This document shows positions 58,832-64,000 of a stretch of DNA of 64,000 nt, in pieces. The stretch comes from an uncultured Fibrobacteria bacterium (GTDB lineage: Bacteria; Fibrobacterota; Fibrobacteria; UBA11236). Below the pieces are notes generated by a model. The model had not been told where the DNA came from. It saw only the letters and a program-made list of their open reading frames with translations, and made no database searches. The stretch's first letter is position 1. Each line of letters opens with the position of its first letter. Made by a program: the position numbers and the translations under genes. The stretch spans positions 32,001 through 96,000 of the forward strand of contig OY970309.1 in NCBI GenBank assembly GCA_963716395.1, given 5' to 3'.

Positions 58832-60343
58832 TCAGCCGAAATAAAGGTCGTCGACGTCGGTGCTCCAGCCTTCGAGCTGTTTGACGCGGCTGGGGTGCTG
58901 TAATTTGGCCAAGGCCTTGGATTCGATTTGCCGCACGCGCTCGCGCGAAATCTGATATTTGTCGCCGATTTCCTTGAGGGTTTTGACCAGGCCGTCGTCG
59001 AGGCCGAAACGCATGCGCACGATGGCCTGCTCCTTGGCGTCGAGCGAATCCAGCACCCCGTCGATCTGCTTGCGCAGCATGCGCATGTTGACGCCCTGCG
59101 AAGGCCGCTCGGCCGATTTGTCTTCGATGAAGTCGCCGTAGGTGTTGGTCTGATCGCCCGACACGTAATCGTCGAGCGAGATGGGCTCTTGCGAGACATC
59201 CATGGCCAACTGCACCTTCTTGATGGAACACCCCACCTTTTCGGCCACCTCTTCGGGCAGGGGATCTTTGCCCGTGGTCTGCTGGATCTCGCGGCACACC
59301 CGCAGCACCTTGCGCACGATGTCGAGCATATTGGCCGGCACGCGCACGGTTTTGGCTTTGTCCGCGATGGCGCGGGTGATGCTCTGCTTGATCCACCAGG
59401 TGGCGTAGGTGCTGAACTTGTACCCCTTGGTGTAGTCGAAGTTTTCCACGGCGCGGATGAGGCCGCTGTTGCCTTCCTGGATGAGATCGATCAACTCCAG
59501 GCCTTTGCTGGTGTAGCGCTTGGCGATGGAAACCACCAGCCGCACGTTGGCCTCGATGATCTCTTCCTTGGCCCGTTCGCGCACCACCTCCCATTGCCGG
59601 ATACGGCGCAGGCGCTCCATGTCCTGTTCCGAATCCGTCAATTCTTCTTTGTATTTCCCGGCCAGGCGGTCGATTTGCTTGTGGTTGAGTTTCAGACTGA
59701 TACAGTCGTTCACCAGCCGCAACTCCAGGTTTTCGATTTCCGAAGCCAGCGACTGGAGTTCGGAACCCTCTTCCCCCCGCGCCCGCAGGTCCTGGTATTG
59801 GGCGCCGGTCTCCTCCAGCTTGCGGACGTTGCGGCGCAGGCGGTCGAAGCCCGCCAGGGCCCGTTCTTTTTCCGCGTCGTACACCTTGGGATCGGTCCAG
59901 GCGTCGTTGTCGATCTGCAAAATCTCTTCGATGCGCAAATCCTCTTCCACCACCTGGCGGCCCAGGTTCAACACTTCGGCCACCATGGACTGCGAGCGGA
60001 AAATGATGGTGCCGATGCGCTTCTGCACCTCTTCGATGCGCTTGGCGATGGCGATCTCCTCTTCGCGCGAGAGCAACGGCACCTTGCCCACCGAATTCAA
60101 ATACACCCAGGTGGGATCGTTGTAGCGCGTGATCTTCTTGAGGGTATCGGGTTTGGAAACGGGACGCCGCGTCTTGACGGCGAACTCCGACACCTGCACG
60201 CCCTGATCCACGAAGAATTGCCGCAAGACGGCGAACTCCTCATCGGATCGCACCAAGGCCTTGATTTGGTTTTCGGCCACGAAGCCCTGCAGCTTGGCCT
60301 GCTTCTGCAGGCGGCGCAGGATTTGTCCATCGAGTTCGTTCAT
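58832..60343 (-). CDS. rpoD: RNA polymerase primary sigma factor
   Basis: [42 protein letters not shown]; directly follows dnaG. Confidence 0.92.
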   Translation of the reverse strand: MNELDGQILRRLQKQAKLQGFVAENQIKALVRSDEEFAVLRQFFVDQGVQVSEFAVKTRRPVSKPDTLKKITRYNDPTWVYLNSVGKVPLLSREEEIAIAKRIEEVQKRIGTIIFRSQSMVAEVLNLGRQVVEEDLRIEEILQIDNDAWTDPKVYDAEKERALAGFDRLRRNVRKLEETGAQYQDLRARGEEGSELQSLASEIENLELRLVNDCISLKLNHKQIDRLAGKYKEELTDSEQDMERLRRIRQWEVVRERAKEEIIEANVRLVVSIAKRYTSKGLELIDLIQEGNSGLIRAVENFDYTKGYKFSTYATWWIKQSITRAIADKAKTVRVPANMLDIVRKVLRVCREIQQTTGKDPLPEEVAEKVGCSIKKVQLAMDVSQEPISLDDYVSGDQTNTYGDFIEDKSAERPSQGVNMRMLRKQIDGVLDSLDAKEQAIVRMRFGLDDGLVKTLKEIGDKYQISRERVRQIESKALAKLQHPSRVKQLEGWSTDVDDLYFG

Positions 60344-62103
60344 GGGTTCTCCCCTTTCCGCGAGTTCAAAACTTGAATGCGTTTTTGAATTTCAACATGG
60401 GCGGCCGGCGAAGCGGCTTCGCGCTTGGCCCGCATGAGATGGCGCAACTCCAGGGCCGCGGCGAAGTCGGCCAGCAGCCGCGCGCTGCGGTCGGGATCGT
60501 CGCCTTCGGCGATCTCCACCGCGGCCAGAGCTTCGCGCAAGGTTTCGGGAATGCGTTCCATCAAGGCGCGCAGGGGCAGTTGCCCGCCTTCGGCCAACAG
60601 GGCCAAGGCATGGTCGAACAAATCGCGCGCGCGTTCGTCGGAAAACCAGGCCAGATCGATCCCTTGCGCCACGGCCGCGACGCGTTCGGGATAGGAAAGC
60701 AAGAGTTGCAGCAGTTGCCATTCGGCCACGGCCTCGTCGCGCACCATAGGCGCGGCGCCGGGCACGAACAATCCCGGCGCCCGCGGCGGCTCGGCCGAAC
60801 CCGCCGGCCGCCGCGCAGGCTCGGGGCGTGCATACACCTTCACGGCGGTGGGCCGCACACCCAAGTGCTGGCACAGTTTCTGGAAATGCGCCTCGCGCAC
60901 GGCCTCGGCCGGGGCCTGGCGCAGCAGGGTCGCGGCTTCACCGAGCAAAGTTTGTTTTTCTTCCGGACTCAAGGCGGCGACCTCTTTGCCGCTTTGACGC
61001 ACCCAAAAATCGGGCAAATCCTCGGCGGTCGCGAACAATGCTTGGATTTCTTCGGCCGCATGCACCCGCACAAAGCTGTCGGGATCTTCCGCGGCGGGCA
61101 GCACCGGCACGCGGATTTCGACACCTTGCGCGATCAGCGGCTCCAGGCTGCGGCGCACGGCCTGGCGGCCCGCGGCATCGCCGTCATAAAACAAGAAAGC
61201 CTTGCGCGCGAAACGCGCCAAGAGACGCACGTGATCCGGCGTCAGCGCCGTGCCGCAGACGGCCACGGCGTTTTTCACCCCGGCCTGCCACAGCGAGGCC
61301 AAATCCATATAGCCTTCGACCACCACCACTTCACCGCTTTGATCCACGGCGCTGCGACTGGAGTGGAATCCGTACAGCACTCGGCCCTTTTGATACAGCG
61401 CCGATTCCGGGGTATTGATGTATTTGGCGCCTTCGCGGCCCGGCAGTACGCGGCCCCCGAAGCCGATGACCCGGCCCGATAAATTGAAGATGGGAAAAAT
61501 CAACCGGCCGGCGAAGCGATGGTAAAAGCGGCCACCCGCGGCTTCGCCCACAATGCCGGCTTCCACCAGGGCCGACTCCGGGATTTCTTTGGCGCGTGCG
61601 CGTTGCAAAATCACCTCGGCGGTTTCCGGGGCAAAACCGATTTGGAAGTGGCGGATGGTTTCACGATCCAATCCCCGCGAGTTCAGGTATTCTAGGGCCG
61701 CGGGAGTTTGCGCCAAGGTTTCGACATACACCTGAAGCGCCAGCGCATTGGCATGGGCCAGAGTCGAAGTTTTATCCCCGTGGGCGGGGTCGCCCGCCGC
61801 GAAATGTTCGGGAACGGCGACGCCGAACTTGGCCGCCACCAGCCGCAAAGCTTCCCCAAATCCGACATGTTCGTATTCCTGCACAAACTTGATGGCATCG
61901 CCGCCCGCGCCGCAGACAAAGCACTTGTAAATGCCCAGGCGCGGGTTCACGTTCATGCTGGGATGACGATCATTGTGAAACGGACACAGGCCGAGATAGC
62001 GGCCGCCCGCCTTTTTAAGCGGGACGTATTGACCCACGATTTGCACGATGTCGGCGGCGTCTTTGACCCGTGCGAGAACGTCTTGGAATTGCGGAATCGG
62101 CAT
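60340..62103 (-). CDS. dnaG: DNA primase
   Basis: Zinc finger [10 protein letters not shown]...CFVC, GFGGR, KYINTPE, VEGYMD, YDGDAAG, DPD. Confidence 0.96.
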   Translation of the reverse strand: MPIPQFQDVLARVKDAADIVQIVGQYVPLKKAGGRYLGLCPFHNDRHPSMNVNPRLGIYKCFVCGAGGDAIKFVQEYEHVGFGEALRLVAAKFGVAVPEHFAAGDPAHGDKTSTLAHANALALQVYVETLAQTPAALEYLNSRGLDRETIRHFQIGFAPETAEVILQRARAKEIPESALVEAGIVGEAAGGRFYHRFAGRLIFPIFNLSGRVIGFGGRVLPGREGAKYINTPESALYQKGRVLYGFHSSRSAVDQSGEVVVVEGYMDLASLWQAGVKNAVAVCGTALTPDHVRLLARFARKAFLFYDGDAAGRQAVRRSLEPLIAQGVEIRVPVLPAAEDPDSFVRVHAAEEIQALFATAEDLPDFWVRQSGKEVAALSPEEKQTLLGEAATLLRQAPAEAVREAHFQKLCQHLGVRPTAVKVYARPEPARRPAGSAEPPRAPGLFVPGAAPMVRDEAVAEWQLLQLLLSYPERVAAVAQGIDLAWFSDERARDLFDHALALLAEGGQLPLRALMERIPETLREALAAVEIAEGDDPDRSARLLADFAAALELRHLMRAKREAASPAAHVEIQKRIQVLNSRKGENP

Positions 62104-62592
62104 AACGGCGTGCAGGTTCACCCAACCCGGATAAAGATACCCCCGTCGCACGGCTCCCATGCAAGATTCGGAAAGCGCCCGCGGGCCTTTAGATTTTGAG
62201 TTCGATGCCATAGGTTCAGCGCAATGGTTGAAGTTGCGCTGCAAGTTTTTCGTCAAGTTCATTATCCCATGATTACTCCAAAAACCGCAACAACCATCTT
62301 TCGACTGAATCCGAAAAAACTTGACGCGATTTTATCCGCTCCCTGTCCGGGGTCCCTTCCCCGACTTCACCCCATTCTCAACCCGTCCTCGCTTCTCGCT
62401 CTATAGCTCTATAATAGGCGGCCAGGAACCTTTGCGCTAGCCGAGGGGTAAACCCGGGCGGGAAACTGCATAAATTCCATCACGCTGAAACCCCGTACCT
62501 GCGCGGGTTGACTAAATTGGCAAGCTCGCTTTGACCGGCGATTCGCGCTGGGCAATTCCACGGTTTGACCGGGCGAAAACCACTATTCCGAG

Positions 62593-63999
62593 ATGCACAG
62601 CGCTTCCACTCTCCCCACCGACGCCCCCACCTTCGGCACCCCCTGGCTTTCCGGTGCCGCCATCCGCCGGGGCTTCATCGATTTCTTCCGCTCCAAAGGC
62701 CATATCCATATTCCCTCGGCGCCCGTCGTGCCCCAGGACGACCCCACCTTGCTGTTCACCAATGCGGGCATGAATCAATTCAAGGCCGCCTTGCTCGGCG
62801 ACAACCGCGAAGGGTGGCGGCGCGTGGCCAATGCGCAGAAATGCATCCGCGTGTCGGGCAAGCACAACGATCTCGACGAGGTGGGCCGCGACACCTACCA
62901 CCACACTTTTTTCGAAATGCTCGGGAACTGGTCTTTCGGCGACTATTACAAGAAAGAGGCCATCACCTGGGCCTGGGAATTGTTGACCGAGGTGTGGAAA
63001 TTGCCGAAAGATCGCCTCTTCGCCACCGTGTATAAAACCGACGACGAAGCCATCGGGATTTGGAAAACCGAAACCGATCTCGATCCGGAGCGGGTGCTGC
63101 GCTTCGGTGAAAAGGAAAACTTCTGGGAAATGGGCGAAGTCGGGCCTTGCGGACCCTGCTCGGAAATCCATTTCGATTTGGGCGACGAGGCGTCGCGCGC
63201 CGCCACCTTCGCCGATCCCATTCTCGGGGTGAACGGGAAAAACGCGCGCTACATCGAAATCTGGAACCTGGTGTTCATGCAATTCGAACGCTTGGCCGGC
63301 GGAGAATTGAAGCCGCTCAAGTTCCGCAACGTCGACACGGGCATGGGTTTCGAACGGGTCGCCAGCATTTTGCAAGGCTCGGGGAACAACTATGAAACCG
63401 ACGTGTTCCGCCCCCTGATCGACGCCGTGGCCGAAACCTCGGGCGTGGCCTATGCCGGCGACGCCGCCGGGATGCCGCATCGGGTGATCGCCGATCACCT
63501 GCGCGCGCTGAGCTTCGCCATCGCCGACGGTGCCACGCCGGGCAATGAAGGCCGCGGTTATGTGCTGCGCCGCATTCTGCGCCGCGCCAGCCGCTTCGCC
63601 CGCAACCTCGGGCAACGCGATCCCTTTCTGCACCGGCTGGTTCCGGTTTTGGCTAGCCACATGGGCGAAGCCTATCCCGAACTCACAGCGCGGCAGGATT
63701 ACATCGCCCGCGTCATCCACGCCGAAGAAGAGCGCTTCGGAAAAACCCTGGATCAGGGATTAGATCGCTTCGCCAAGGTGGCGCGCCAGGCCAAGGAAAA
63801 AGGACAACCGTCCCTGGACGGCGGCGAAGTGTTCACCCTGTACGACACCTACGGGTTTCCCACCGACCTCACGCGCCTCCTGGCCGAAGAACAAGGACTG
63901 ACGCTGGACGAAGCCGGCTACCAAAAGCACATGGAAGAACAGCGCGAACGCGCCCGCGGCGCCGCGAAATTCACGGCCGCCTTGGCGGGCGACGAAGGC
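62593..63999 (+). CDS. alaS: Alanine--tRNA ligase (3' truncated by window edge; absent from the ORF track)
   Basis: Own translation from ATG 62593: DPTLLFTNAGMNQFK, HHTFFEMLGNWSFGDY, GPCGPCSEI, EIWNLVFMQ, DTGMGFER, LYDTYGFP. Confidence 0.97.
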   Translation, partial: MHSASTLPTDAPTFGTPWLSGAAIRRGFIDFFRSKGHIHIPSAPVVPQDDPTLLFTNAGMNQFKAALLGDNREGWRRVANAQKCIRVSGKHNDLDEVGRDTYHHTFFEMLGNWSFGDYYKKEAITWAWELLTEVWKLPKDRLFATVYKTDDEAIGIWKTETDLDPERVLRFGEKENFWEMGEVGPCGPCSEIHFDLGDEASRAATFADPILGVNGKNARYIEIWNLVFMQFERLAGGELKPLKFRNVDTGMGFERVASILQGSGNNYETDVFRPLIDAVAETSGVAYAGDAAGMPHRVIADHLRALSFAIADGATPGNEGRGYVLRRILRRASRFARNLGQRDPFLHRLVPVLASHMGEAYPELTARQDYIARVIHAEEERFGKTLDQGLDRFAKVARQAKEKGQPSLDGGEVFTLYDTYGFPTDLTRLLAEEQGLTLDEAGYQKHMEEQRERARGAAKFTAALAGDEG

Positions 64000-64000
64000 T

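Noticed and set aside
62104-62592. Long dnaG-alaS intergenic region as a riboswitch, T-box or ncRNA
   Set aside because: Only a short hairpin (CAGCGCAA...TTGCGCTG near 62217-62241) and promoter-like AT-rich tracts are visible, with no recognisable RNA consensus. An Rfam search would be needed.
62512-63720. 402-aa minus-strand ORF
   Set aside because: It is antisense to alaS, which the ORF track missed because it runs off the window.

Overview
GC-rich bacterial chromosome segment, most likely Fibrobacterota (inferred from a TIGR02147-like regulator, two PorU/gingipain-like C25 proteins and secreted CAZymes with short Fibrobacter-style C-terminal tails). It is mostly housekeeping genes (xerC, cmk-rpsA, rsmI-lnt, tyrS, ppsA, fusA, rel, rpoD, dnaG, alaS) mixed with plant-polysaccharide and transport genes (xylFGH-like ABC transporter, GH43, PL1, PL14-like, PQQ sugar dehydrogenase). 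The standout is an AT-rich polymorphic-toxin locus at 22773-27330. A PAAR spike protein ending in an M23 peptidase is followed by a lipoprotein immunity candidate, an orphan immunity-like gene, and a start-less NlpC/P60 toxin cassette with its own immunity candidate. The PAAR gene and the cassette share a perfect, in-frame 123-bp direct repeat encoding a transthyretin-like domain, which would allow toxin-tip swapping by recombination. Other signals: a near-consensus sigma-28 promoter ahead of an uncharacterised poly-His/Ser-rich protein, an unannotated 34-aa membrane peptide, a toxin-antitoxin islet bracketed by a duplicated tyrS 3' end, and likely leaderless regulator genes. No rRNA, tRNA or CRISPR array was seen. 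Family assignments come from motif recognition only; no database searches were run.
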